Shown here one piece after another: positions 38,747-52,900 of a stretch of DNA of 64,000 bases. Source of the DNA: Lingula anatina (Eukaryota > Animalia > Brachiopoda); contig CM120644.1 in the NCBI GenBank assembly GCA_051362555.1, positions 380,954 through 444,953 on the forward strand, in the 5' to 3' direction. Under the pieces are notes generated by a model. That model saw nothing but the letters and a program-made list of their open reading frames with translations, was not told the origin of the DNA and searched no databases. The translations under genes and the position numbers were made by a program. Numbering within the stretch: position 1 is the first letter of the stretch; each line of letters starts with the position of its first letter.

Positions 38747-41700
38747 CACAACAAAACTCTTGCAGTTTGCGGGATAAAACTGTGTAAGGAAAAAGAAACA
38801 TGGCCATTACAGGTATATATTGAAGAAGTCGATATTTCTATAATAAATACTTGTAACTACCCAAGAACAGAGACATGCAAAAGTTCTATCTAACATCTAA
38901 AATCAACTAATTTAGACTCTAAGTCACACATTAAGTTTGTCTTAAACCTTTTCCCCAATTTCCATGCTCATTATTCGATTGATGGTATCATAGCTTCTTT
39001 GATCCATAAATAACAAATACCTGGCATAAGTTTCAATAAAAAGCTTTAGTCAGGAAATGAGTCTTAAATTTTAAACCAAAAATGTACTTGATATCAAGAT
39101 AGATCCATAGTGGACAACTTGAGTAAACTAAGTGTTGGCCTGAAATATGAACTGTGCATTTTGTAATGATGCAGGTAGATTGTTTTATAAGTGAACTAAG
39201 AATACTTTATGTTGGCTTAAAGTGCACTAAAATTTTAGTCCTAAACTTAAGACTAATTTCTATGCTAAAGTACTTCTGAGAACCTGACTCCAGGAAACAT
39301 TAAAAGACTGGTTGAAATTCCATACAAATTTTCCTCTCATGGTTAATTTCATTACCAATTTCAAGCAAGGAGAGGACTGATACCTATACATATTAGGCTA
39401 TCTCAACCTGGTCTCAACATTGAGGAATCCAGTTAGAACAAACACAAGTTAGACCAAGGGCTTGGGGTGCTGAAATAGACCACAGGTGGAAAAATGAACC
39501 AGAAGCAAAAATGGGATTTAAGACACAGATAGAAAAATACAGTTCAGGTGCAAAAATTAAGTCTACAAAACTGGAATCCCTGGTTGAAATGTCTGAATTA
39601 ATAAAATTCACGCCAGGTGTAGGGATTTCCACCAGGAGAAGTGGAAGACTGACTCACAGCAATCTCTTACTTCAATATTACCATGACTGGGTAAAGGAGA
39701 CATTCCCTTACAGTAGCTACTGACATTACCAGGAAGAACATACTCCCCCGGCAGAGAGAGAGAGAGAGAGTGTGTGTGTGTATGTGTGTGTGTGTGTTTG
39801 GGGGGAAGGTAACCACTTAACACCATTTTTACAAGTGTAGGGGGAAGAGTATTGTAAAACCTGAAGCACCTGTCACTTAAGCCCTGCTGTGGATAGAAGT
39901 CACATATTAGGATACTTTTCTCAACAAGTGTTCTAACTCACTCATATTGTTGACTATCTGTCTCCTTTTGTCTCAGGTGTGTTATTAGTGTTAATTACCT
40001 GACTTATAAACACATTTGGTCAGCTCTGATGATGACCAACCTGATCACTATGCTCACCTGACAGGTAATTACTAGTACCAGGGAATTGTCAGGTAAGAGA
40101 GCCCCAGTGGCAGATCACTCTGGATTAACTTGTACCTACTGCTCATACCTGAGGAGATGACCACTAACACACACAGTATCAGTCTATTACTGCAGGCTAT
40201 AATAAGGACTACAGCACTCCAACTGGACACTGGCTACTTGTAATAATGACCCTGGTATTCAGCTCATCAACTCTTACATTCTTGACCAAGGACTACCTGC
40301 CTGGGTAGTAGCAAAACCAGATACATAGCACACCATGTACCCCATTACTCAAGTCTAATTTTATTATAAATAACAGAAGACTTAGAAAAAAACTTTGACA
40401 AGCCTGAATGGATACAACTGAGGATGGTTACTTCCTAAAGAACTTATTGAAGAAGTGCAAATCAGACCTTTAAAAAATAAACAATGTGTATGCGTGTGTA
40501 TGCATGCATGAGTGAGGATGTGTGTATGTGAGTGATCAGTAAGATGGCCCAATCTTTGAATTCACACATCTTTAAACCAAAACTAAACAAGAAATTTTTA
40601 GGTGTGCACTTTAAGTTGTAAACACTTGGATTTTCAAAAGTCAATACTTGTATCCTACTACAAACTTGGAAGAGGAGAAGCTTTAGAGTTCAGTCAACTT
40701 TCTGACATTACATCTCTTCCAACACAATTAATTTTACAGTAAATTTTGTATACTTTAAAGAATGTGAAAATCTTGGGTATTTTCACAAGCTCATTGTTTT
40801 AGTTTTCTTGGGCAGATAAAACAAGTATGCAAGCAACAGCAGTGTAATTTGGCATTCCATTCAATCACCTCATGGTGTAGGGTTGCTAACTGTGAACTAT
40901 CTCCACACTGTACAACTGGTGCACCATACCCTGACTGTGACCACATTCACAACAATGGACAAACTAGGCTACGCTTGGGAACAAATGACCACTACGAACA
41001 AATATGACCATTAGGGAACAAATATGACCAACCCACTTGAATGCTTGTTGTGTAATCTCTGCAGGGAATCTATTCAGTGTCTATAAGGGGATCAGACGAC
41101 AAGCTTCTAAGTGTTCCGCCATGTTTGATCGGCAGACCAGTTAGTCAGCTGTTGTGAATACGGCCAATCACAGGGTACTGGGCACTATACAGACATGCTG
41201 ATTATAGAGCCATGTTCCCAGTTAGCTGTGATACTCAGGGTGGTATGCAGGAATAGAGCTATAAAAAACACTCCTGGTTATCTACACAGAGAGGCCTGCA
41301 CGGCAGGGAACAGCAGCTTTTTTATACTTTTTATCTGATAGAGCACTGACCACTGGGGTAAAGATAAGAACAGGGCACAGAACAGCTACATTTTTATACT
41401 TTTTTATCACTTTTTAGCACTGACCAGTAGGGGCTTTCACAGAACTAATAAAGTGGTTAAAGCTGATGTTATCTTATGTTCCAATCTCAATGTTTTACAC
41501 AAATAGAAAAAATAATTTTTTTGAGTGGTTCTCCCTGCACGTAAAGTGGAAACAGGCTAATGTAAAAGTTGTATTCAAGGAAACTAATGGAATAAGTAAA
41601 ATTACTGGCAGGAACTATGTAATAACAAACAAGCAGGACGTCCAATATTTTCCACTTCTCCTCAAGTATTGGCTATTTATATAAACAGATAGAAATAACT

Positions 41701-42215
41701 AATAAAAGAGAGCACAAGTTACACTTGTCCAGTATTGCTGTCAATCATTTGCCAGAGCAGAAACATGCGTGTATAGATGACTTCTTAACAACCACACCTC
41801 TGACAATAGATTTACACCAAGTCTAGTGAACTCTGCAGATCTCTGCAACTGTTGACATCCTCAAGTTTCTTGTCCACTTCAGTCTTAGTGACAATAACTA
41901 GAAAGTTGGGGGAGGGGGGATAACATGCGGTCGAGGCTTTCCCCAGAGAGCTATCCAGCCATTGGACGACAATTAGCATTAGAAAATGGTCTATATTTCC
42001 AAAGAAACCTGGACTATAAAAAATTATTGTTGGTTGGTTGGGCTTGCTTGGGTTAGACTCCCTGTAAACCAATAACCAAATTACAGTTTCATATTGTGGA
42101 TTTCCTGTACCCTTAATCCTAAGGAAAACCCTGTGTCTGGTATAAAAAATGTGATAAGGCTCTCTGTCTCCACACCCACCTTATCCTCCTCTATCTGCTT
42201 GCATATGGCAGGTAC

Positions 42216-42299
42216 CTTTTCCCTACGAAGACAGCGATCACACTTGCACTCGTACGCGTACCACGGTTTAAAGAAGCCGCGTAGGAACTTGAGTCGCAT
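42216..42299 (-). CDS. Candidate alternative first coding exon MRLKFLRGFFKPWYAYECKCDRCLRREK
   Basis: caaaATG context, 28 codons, AAG|GTACCT donor in phase 0 that would join exon 33174. CpG-rich relative to the flanks. Confidence 0.5.
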
Positions 42300-44332
42300 T
42301 TTGATGCGTGGTAATCTACAGCTACATAATACAGCAATGCTACATCCACACTTAGTCATATGGAGACACACACATGTGAGTAACCAGAACTGTGTATGAC
42401 AGGAACTCTCCGTAAAACACAACAGAAATTTTAACGCCTTCTGGTGTAAAACAGTGTCAAGGTTCTACATTATTCCAAGTGTTGGTATATGTCAACGCTT
42501 TCAACTCCTGAAAACTGATACTGAGGCACAGTGGTGCTTCCAACCAATTTCTTCAATTTTCTTTCATGTCATTCTGTTCTTTATGTGATGAAAACTCCAA
42601 ACAGTCCTTACACTGCACACAAAGTGAACTAAAACAGATCAATGTTAAAAGACGAGATGTAGTTGTCCTCTCTTATATCTCTTTTTATTCTAACCTTTCA
42701 CATCTTTCGGTGTATTGTAGATATGTAAATAAAACTAGTGCAAAAATAAAACACTCCAAAAAAACACAAACAAAGAAAACAATCCAGTAGCACTGTTCCC
42801 AGCTGTCAGAAGTGTGAAGTTACAAACATGAAGTCCCAAGCGGACCAAGCTGCTAAACCTGTTCCCTTGAATTCTTGTGATATTAACCAGGGTTAAGAAA
42901 CTTTCCGGCAGTTCAACAATTCAGAGCAGCTCCACTGGCAAGCAGCTCCAATCTCTCTGGTTATGTTAGGATTGGGATGGTGGGCAGTGCAGATATTAGG
43001 ACCTACACCTAGGCCAGACAAATGAGAGAAGGGTTTCTAAGGGTGCCTCACTATGAAACCATATTACCAGTCAGTACAAATCAACTCTCGGGGACTCTTG
43101 CTGAATGCAGTCAGATTACAGGATAACCCCCCCCCTCCTTCAAGCAATTAAAATACAGAAAAGCTGTTGGTTAATAATACAAGTAAGTTAGAAATCAGAG
43201 GAGGCACTTGTTAACCTTTTTATCTGAAGCAGTAATATATAACTAATATTGAAGCACTAATTTAAGGCAATGCAGGTCTAGCAATACAATTTTGCCCTTT
43301 TTCTAATTTGGTTATGTTAAATTGTTGCAAATTAAATAAGTGTTTAGGCTCTTAACATTAAGTTGCCTATCTTAATTCAGCTTAATGTCTTCGAAAAAAA
43401 ATGATAAAAAAAAAAATTCAGTAAATCCAGGTAGTTTTAGCTCAACCTTGTAAAACAGATGTATTTTTTTCTTTGTCCTAATTGTGTGAAATTAGACTCA
43501 TCTTGTATTGATGTCCAAACCTTCTGTTGCCAGTATTTATCTTGGCAATTTCACCACACTTTCCCTACAATCCAGAGTCAGGTTAATAAGGTCTGGTACA
43601 ATGGCCAGGAACATGGATATGTATAACTCACTGAGCAAATACACATCTTTTTGGTCTCTGTTTGTTTACCATGTGGCCCTGACCCTGGATTATAAAGAAA
43701 ATTGCCAGGGGGACAAACGGAAAGAATTAATTTCATCTCTTTGCGTTATGTACAAAGTTATCACAATGACAACTGTATGTAGTGCACCTGATCTTAGGGA
43801 AAGTGTGGAAGAAAGCAGTTACCACTCCAGGAATTTTTTTTTTTTTTTCAGAAAAATATCTTAAGGAAACTGTAACGATTATGCACACTGACCTGAATAC
43901 TTTTAAGACTTTACAGAAGTAAATAGTTTGTAAAATAATTTTATACACTTAAAATAAATCATGGCCTAATTACTCATTAAACATTGGGGAAATAATTCCA
44001 AAATAAACAAGACTAAAATAATTTTTCTTTTTTTATCTGACATAAGTACCCAGTGCACCATAAAAACACTGAAAGAATTCTGGATGCTACAACAAAAGCA
44101 GCTCAAATGTAAAAATACCTAGAATTCTACTGTGAATGTTGTAAGAGAAGAGGCCCTCTCCCAGCCACTCTGTGGTATATTCCTGGTATTTCTGTAGTAA
44201 AAGGTTGGAGATCACTGAGAACTAAAAGTTGAGCAGTTCACCGGGAGTTCTCCAATATCTTGCCGTAGATTTCATTCGTAATCACTGTGCCATCCCAGTA
44301 AGTGAATTCTTACTTCATTTTTCCTTTGCTTT

Positions 44333-44367
<35 letters not shown>

Positions 44368-46876
44368 TTTTGGGGGGGGGTGTAACAGTTTTCACGACAA
44401 TTGAAATCTAACTGTGCAATAAATTAATGTGTCTAGGGTTAAAAATGGCATAAATCCTACAGCAAAACAGCAGCATTGTGTTAGGTGAGACACCCAGCTC
44501 AGCCTCTCCAATATCTGCCTGTAAGCTGTATGTAGCATTCCCACACATCTCTGTGTATAGCCAGTGTATCAGGTAAAGTATCTATAACTCCTGACCCCAC
44601 CCCCACACTGGGTGTCAAGTCTTGACACAGCTGCCCAAACATCTACTAAAACAGACATAATAAAGTCAGGAATGGCATTCAGGGCGTGTTCACAAATAGG
44701 CACAGCTTAAACCACGCAACTAAACTGCATCATCAGCTGTCAATGTGTTCAGTTCACACCTGAGGCAAACTTACAACAAGGAGTGGGTTTTTTTTCAACT
44801 GATCAGAACCAAAATTTTGTTTTAAAAGTTCAGGTCAATTTCTGGCTAATTTCTTTAACAGTAACCCTGTGTCTGTTGTGGAGGGCATTGTCTCACCAAC
44901 CACCTTGTCATGTTAGCTAAGAAAAAAACACTCTTCACCTCTGTCACATACACAGAGTACACGGGGTACACAGAGTACACGGGGGATTCCAACACATTCC
45001 TCTCACACAGGAGCTGGTGACTTGACTTGTAACCTTCTGATAACATAAAACTTCCAGTAGAGTTGGTACTCTGTGTATAATGTTGTCATAAATCTTTCTA
45101 CACAAGATTAGCAGAGCTACTACAATCACAATGTGAGTCAATGTGTATCTTGGGAGAATTCATGTCTGAATGACAGCAAGAAAAACACACATATCAAGGT
45201 GGATATTTTACCTGAATGTGACTGTGTCAGTTATCACAAGTCAGATCTTACAAGTCAGATTATCACGTAAATAAATTATATTATATAAGTAATGACAAAA
45301 ATGCTACTTACTCAAATATCTCATACATGTATGCCTGATTTTTTTCAACATTCTTTTTTTTCCCAAAGATTCTTCATTCTCTGTTACACACAAAAATACA
45401 TTTTTATACATGAATCGATACCACTTTTATCTAATAACTGATTAAATATCAATTATATTTAGTATTATTTAATATTTATTTCCAAACACTTTCTTCAGAA
45501 ATAACTATCATCACAATTCTGGGAAATATTAAATTAATCAATTCTGTTCCACTCTGGTGACTAATTACCAGTATTGTAATGTCCTGCCAGAGTACACAGT
45601 GTAAGAGTACTAGAACATGTCTATATCAAGTCATGAACCAACTCTGTGACATGTTTGGTAACAGCAGGTAGTGTGTACTGAACGACCTTGTCATCTGTTG
45701 TACCAACACAGCTCTCAGCAGTCACAGTGACAACATCACCAGCTTATTACATCTTAACAGCCCTTATAAATATAACTCAGACATTTTAAAGTAATTGTAT
45801 CTGACTGACTCCAACTTTACAAGTGTCTGTAGACAAGTCAAAGAAAACCCACTCAGAGTGCACTTAAGATGATGTAAAAGATACCCCTAGATGTAAGAAA
45901 TTCTAAAACCAATACCATATTTTTTCAGTGTAAGAAAAATACAACACCAGACCACATTTTTACCACTATGATAACAATATTGCCAAGGTTACAATTTTAC
46001 CAAGGTCACAATATATGCTAAGGAAACAATACAGACCAAGGTAACAATATCAGTACAGTAACAATATTGCCAAGGTAACAACATCACTATGGTAACAATA
46101 GGATAACAATACTGCTCTGTCACAGTCCAGCACACCTGTCACTCCAATATGACACAGGTGAGAGACCCCGGCACATGAAGTGACCCACAGCCAGGATCTG
46201 ACCTGGGAACCGACCCACAAACAGAAGACTCCTAGAGTAGAAATAGACGGAGATATGCCACATGACATCAACTGAATGGCTACAATACACAGAGCAAATC
46301 CTTTCAGCATCAGTCTCAGTTTCAGTGGCCTTTACTATCTTGCACCTGTGGGAGAGTGGTGAAGTGTGATGACTTTTATTATTCAACTTAATTCAGCTTC
46401 CAGTGAGAGTTTATCATGTAAGTGAACGACTCTGCACACCAAGAAAACTGCATGCAAAAGCTCAGGTGTCAATACTAGGGTTGGTGACAACTCTGACTCA
46501 CTTTTAATAACAATTTCATGGCATATTTTATATATCCCCACTCCCACCAGATATCCAAATATTTCCCTTCTCTGCACATTCATACAGTTAATTTACCTAT
46601 CATGCTAGAAGAGGCTTTGATTTTTAGCTCTGAAACTATTTTCAGATATTAGCTCCAAGACAAGATTTACTTTCTCCTGAGATGACCTCGGAGACACGAA
46701 ATCTTTTCATTCAGATATTTCCAATTACATGTTAAGTTCCAGTAACTATGTGTGAAGGCTAGAGTCAACAGGGGCGGAGGGTTTAGTTCAATACACAGCT
46801 CCAGAACTGTACTGTGCACACAATGGGACATGTTGCTAATTACTGCTGGACTGATACTGGGACATGTTTGACTATG

Positions 46877-46907
<31 letters not shown>

Positions 46908-47649
46908 AGGAAGGGGGAGGGAGGGAGGGTAAGGGGGAGAGTGAGAGTGATAACACTATTACTTTTTGGTTCAATGGCGAAACAATATAATGAGAGAAAA
47001 CATGTAACTGTGATCTTTACAAGAATGTCATGCCTTCATAAAATTCAAACTGCTTGCTACCTCATGACAGTTCAACTTCACAGTACCTCCCTTCCCCACC
47101 CCCACCCCTAGCCCCACCCCTGACTGGTTGTAACACCTGAAGATGAAGAAGTGGTGTCCTTCACCTGGATAGCAGTTCCATGGCACAGTTCAACAACATC
47201 AAAGATGATGATTACACTTGACTGTACTCACGCTTTGCCTTCAACATGCAATATATCCATCTAAAATATCTCAGAGGTTGTACACAATACATCTATCCAC
47301 AGTATCTCCTGAACTGAATGCCTGGATTGTGTGCCAGACAATTCTCAGACATGAGCCAAGGTTTCAAAAAAAAAAAAAAAAAATCCACCCCAACCCCTCC
47401 CCCTCCAGACTTTATTGCAGATCTTGATGAATCTCAGGAACAATCTGAACTAAATTAAAAATGTGGAATTCCGCTTTTCTGTGGAAAAAGCTCATGTCTA
47501 CATTCTGAACACCTGACATCCTTGGTCATAAGTCCCTCGTGTCCAATATAACAATATCACATTGGAAGCAGGTCTTGCCATATTGGCTCTCTGCAGAGCC
47601 AAATTCTTATAATTCTAAATACTGGATCAAAGCAGAAACGCTGACCAAT

Positions 47650-47818
47650 CGCTGCATTCAGAACAGTGGACTGACTAGTCTGGGTATCAAATATGGCGAC
47701 CCACTAAAAAGTTTGCAGTCTAATCTGCTAAGAGACACTAAATAGAATAGGGAGGTATTCAAATGGGTCGGCCATATTTGATCTGCAGACTAGTTAGTTC
47801 ACTGCTGTGAATGCGGCC
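47650..47818. mobile_element. Short MITE of the ATCAAATATGGC family
   Basis: GCTGCATTCAGAACAGTGGACTGACTAGTCTG...CAGACTAGTTAGTTCACTGCTGTGAATGCGGC inverted arms. Confidence 0.6.
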
Positions 47819-47837
47819 ATTGACAGGATAATTATAT

Positions 47838-49638
47838 AACAAGGCAGCAAAGCTGTCAAATGTACAGACAAAAAGCAGGAAATAACAAAATAGGCTACTG
47901 TCAATTCTGATGCAAAAGTACATTATGTTAAACTGCAAATTCAACATCAAATTTTAATTATGCTCAACAGGTAATACCAATGTAAGTAAAATGTGAAACA
48001 AGCATAAAGCTTCAGGCCCATGGGAGTTCAAGTTCACACTTTGAAAATGTAAAACTTCCAGAAAAAGAAGTCAATTAGACTGCTTTTCCAACTCAGACTG
48101 CATTTCAGTCCTGTATTTCTTTTTTGAAAGTTCAGCAATCATAAGTAACATGGTTTTCCCATAATGGTCATCATGGCAGCAGCACCCAAAATTGTGTTTT
48201 CTTCTATTCTGATGCAATATTACATAATGGTTAACAGCATAATGACAATCAATTTTTAATAACAAAATATATGTATCATGGATTTTCAGAAAATGTGACC
48301 AGCCTGGGTCTTCAAGCCTGTGGAACTTCAAAGTCACACCTTGAAAATGCCAATATGTGAAAAATTAAATTTTCACAAAAAAAAAAACTGTTTATCTGGC
48401 AGATTGCATTGCCTACTGAAGCTGTATTTTAGTCCCATGTTTCTTTCCTGTAAGTTTGAAAACAGTAAGTGACATGGTTTTTCTTAAAAGGTAATCATGG
48501 GAGCAGTGCCCAAAATAGTTTTTTTTTCAAATTTTGATGCAATGTTACATAATGTTTAACAGCATAATGACCATCAATTTTTAATAATAAAATATTAGTA
48601 TCATGGATATTCAGAAAATGTGACTAGCAAAGGTCTTCAGGCCCTCGGAACTTCAAAGTCACAACTTGAAAATGCCAAAATGTAAACAAGACAGCACTGT
48701 TCTGAAATGTTTTTTCCCCATTTTTAACAATTTTTAACATAAAACAAAATTAACAGTTTACTGCCATTTTTACATGATCAACTAAGAAAATTGATGAGAT
48801 GAGAAAAGTATCAACAGAGCAGTGTTAAATGTCCAATTTCTTCCATTCTGAGATTCTGAACATAGTGAATGATTGAATCTGACAAATTGCAATGATATGA
48901 GTTTATTTCCATTTTTGAAACTTTATTACACAATACACAATAACATGTTTACCATCATTTTTACAAAATCAACTAACAATGTTGTAAAGATGCAGGAAAT
49001 GTCAAACAAACACTTTCACGTATCTTATTAGTTTAATAATGAGACTGTTAACATGCCTAAAAATTGAATCTGAGGAAATGTGAAAAAACAGCATACCTTC
49101 TAAAATAATGGCCCGATCATGCCGATTTTCGAACTTGACCTGCGTTTTAGTAAGATTGATTACTCCTGTGAGTTTCATGACAACAGGTCTATCGGTTTTC
49201 CTTGAAATGTGTTAACAAAGTTGCATATATGCTGAAAAGTGAAAAAACAGCATAACTACTAAAATAGTGGCCCGATCATGCCGATTTTCGAACTTGATCT
49301 GCGTTTTAGTAAGACTGATTACTCCTGTGAGTTTCATGACAACAGGCCTATCGGTTTTCCTTGAAATGTGTTAACAGTGTTGCATATATGCTAAAAAGTG
49401 AAAAAACAGCATAAATTCTACAATAATGGCCCGATCATGCTGATTTTCGAACTTGACCTGCGTTTTATGAATATTAGTCAGCTCTGTAAATATAAAGCCA
49501 AAAAGTAAAACTGTCTTCCACTTATGGTGTTAACGCTGAAAGTGCACGGCAACGGCGACGGCGACATGATCGGCGACGGCGACGACAGACGCAGGTGATG
49601 GCAATATGTACAGACACATCTGTGTCTGTACATAAAAA
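47838..49638 (+). mobile_element. HINE/Helentron-like non-autonomous element, family 2, copy 1
   Basis: 5' AACAAGGCAGCAAAGCTGTCAAATGTACAGACA, internal ~160-bp tandem repeats, (GACGGC)n microsatellite, and 3' hairpin TATGTACAGACACA-TC-TGTGTCTGTACATA followed by A's. Homologous to 61397-63451. Confidence 0.85.
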
Positions 49639-49656
49639 TTTTAATACCAGTCTTAC

Positions 49657-49704
49657 CTGTCTGCCTGCAGTTCCTGTAAATTTCTCATCTCTAGCTGCAG
49701 CCAT
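49657..49704 (-). CDS. ARHGAP21: Probable first coding exon (MAAARDEKFTGTAGRQ); exon including UTR ~49758-49657
   Basis: gacATGG start, CAG|GTAAGA donor in phase 0 matching exon 33174, and acceptor ttgttttctAG at 49759/49758. There is no homology support for this short peptide. Confidence 0.65.
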
Positions 49705-49715
49705 GTCTTCTTGCT

Positions 49716-49906
49716 CCTCACCACTGTCTTTATTTCACCATACCTGCCTGCAGACCCCCTAGAAAACAATAACAACAGGAATTAGGTCATTGTGACCTAC
49801 TAAATCACCCTCACCACTGTCTTTATTTCACCATAGCTGCCTGCAGACCCCTGGAATACAACAACAGTAATTAGGTCACGATGACCTACTTAAACATCCT
49901 CACCAC
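49716..49906. repeat. ~93-bp tandem duplication spanning the acceptor of the first coding exon
   Basis: CCTCACCACTGTCTTTATTTCACCATA.CTGCCTGCAGACCCCT...TTAGGTCA..TGACCTACT occurs twice. Confidence 0.85.
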
Positions 49907-52900
49907 AAGGGTCTATTGGAGCAGTGGGTATGTCCCAAAACATATATCATGACGATTTCAAATGACAAAGTTTTGTCTGTTTTAGGTCTAAGTTAAACAC
50001 ATTTTTTCCCACTTTAAGGCAAAGTGAATGTCACATGTCAGTTCATCATGAAACTAAAAACCAAGACAATTACATCAGAGTTCAATCAGCCACCTTACTG
50101 TATCTACTTAATATCCATATGATGTGCAAAACCAGAAATAAAAGAAGAATCCCCTCTTTCAATGTTTCAACTTAACTAAAAAGTATGTATTCTATACAAC
50201 GCACATTATCAATGTATATAGATGTAGTGCTAATCACCATGCTAATAAGTTCTGCTGTCCCTTGCGGCCACATTCCAGAGATGAGGAATGTTACCAGAGG
50301 AGAAAGACAGGGGTCAGGTATGTGACCAAGGTTTTGATACCTGTGTACCTCTCTACACCTGTCACTTCTTAACTTACCTGGACACCAGGTGTCATGGCTA
50401 TGTCAGGATCTGGATAAGAACAATGACTTGGACGATTTCTAATTTTTTTTTGATTTTTTAAATCAATGATAAAAACCAGTTTTTAATCCAACATAAGTTC
50501 ATTTTTTCCCCTATGAAATACATATTTTATTTTTTCCTTTGCTGAGCTGACACCCCTTCATCATGACCAAAGTGAAGTCAGCTGCCAAACCAGAAAGTGT
50601 AAATGAATAATTCTTGTCAGACTTCATGTACTGGAAATTACATCAACCTGTACTTTTCCTTTACACCTCTCCAATTTCAAGTGTCAGGTGATCCAGGTGA
50701 TCTCAATAAAGAGCCAATCTTTAGTATAAAAGAGATAATATTAACTAGACTAAAGAGAGAATCAATATCATTTCACATTAGTTCTCTAGTTAGTAGGGGG
50801 ATGGGGGGAGAGTTAGAAGTTAGAAGGGGTATAGGTGGGAAGACACAACAACATCCACAATCTCTTACAATAACTAAAACCACATATTCCAAGTCTCCCA
50901 CACTATCACTACAAGCTACCATACCAAGAGAATGCAGCATTGGTTAATTAGGTCAGTCAAATAGCTTAATTAGGTCAATCAGCTGTCTGTCAACTTAATG
51001 TGACCAATTCATCATGTTAATTAACACTTAGTGGAGGTGTATCAGAGATAATCTTACAGTACAATCAGGAGCAGGTGCTGTGAATACACTTCCTAGGTCT
51101 ATTCCAATTATCTTGTCATCATCATCATCAAACCTGGCACTTAACATATAAAGGAGGCTTTGCCTGGTTTACAGAGAAATACTGCTTATCTTTTTGTTTT
51201 AGCTGGATCCTATAGTTGGCAAATCATCACAATTTGAATTGTACTGAAATGTGTAAATGTCACATATTTTAATTTTTATTTAAGCTCAGGACAGTTTGGA
51301 ATCTTGCACAAAAAAGGCCACCTGAAAGGTTCTTTTCTCTCTTCTGATTCCCATCTTTTGAATGCTTTCCTTTCTTTCTATTTAGACTTAAATGTTTTGT
51401 TCCTTTTTAGCCTTGGTTAAAAGAAAAGTTGCTTATCAAAGTTTGAACATAAACCTCCTTAACCCTGCACATAAGGCTGGCAGTTTTCAGAGTAAACCTG
51501 GGATTTCAGTTGTCCTGCAATGGGGACAGGTTTACTCTGCGGGTGTTACTTCTTTAAGTGGAGGACAAAAAATGTCAGTCCATTCATCACACTGGCTGTA
51601 AGACAAGTCATTTTTTAAAACTTCCCGAATCAACACCACCTAATGCTTGTCCTAACACCCTTATGTGGCAGAGAGTTCTGGATCACTGCCATCTCACTGA
51701 AAATGAACACTAATGCTCCCCATTATATACCTATGAGGAGTTCAAGAAAAGTGTATCCCCCTATATTAACTAAAATTACTAACCACATGACAAATGGCAA
51801 CTGGACATGAAAAGTTTAGAGAGAAAGAACTGATTTCAGAAATGTTCTTATTGGGGTGATATCAATACACACACAACAGACACGAATACTCTAGATCTGA
51901 ATTCCACACTTACTAGTACACAGCCAGAATACAAATCTAGTTCTCTCAATCAGTGTTTGACATGGAATGGAAAAGAATGTGGCTTAATTCCTTGGATTCA
52001 GGATTTGCTGTGAAGACAGGTACTGACAAGTGTCTTTGGCCAGGCTCTAGTGATGTGGTTCTCCAGTGAGCTTACTAGTAGTTAATTCATTATTGATATA
52101 AGCTGGCAAGGTACAAAACACCCTCAAGGCCTGGTTACCTTAGGAAAATAAAGAGCTAAATTGATTCCTATCTAATTATCACTGATATAGTAAAAGATGC
52201 TAAATGGGCCAAAAACTAAAAGAACCAGTTTCTCTTGGACTTTATTTCCAGAAAACGAAGAAGAAACACAGGAGAAAAAGAACTAACACTGACAAATCAA
52301 AGATCAAATTTTAAATTCTGCTGGTAGGTGTACAAATTATTCTGCTGATAGGTGTAAAAACACCTGTCTGTCTCTGTACACCTGTGCCCCCCCCCCCCCC
52401 CCACCACTCTAGACACAAGTTTAACAGGTCTTGTTCCCTTTCACCTGACTCTATTGGTTTATAACTGATGTTATGTAACTGTTGGAACTAGACTTGGTTA
52501 GTTTGTGAAAATAGCTGGGGAATTGCGCTGTCCAGAATATAAACCAACTGTAACTACTCCATGAATAGAAAGTATATCAGAATTAAATACCTGGTCCCAT
52601 TGTAGTCCACTCTATATCAGGAGATATCACATGAAAGTGTAAAGACCAGATTTAATAGTCAAGAAGAGAAATCCACTGATATTGTGTCATCAAGACTAGG
52701 CTTACACTGGGAGATTACATTCACCTTTGAGCCAAGAAGTTTTACATAAAATAGTGATGTCAACACCCCATTAAATATACCTGTCACTGTGTAAATATGC
52801 CATTTCTATACTGCTGTGACAACTGGCAGTATTGACAAAGTGTCACCTTATGGGGTCTGGTATGGCGTGGGTGGTGGTACATGGGGGGAGATATGGAGTA

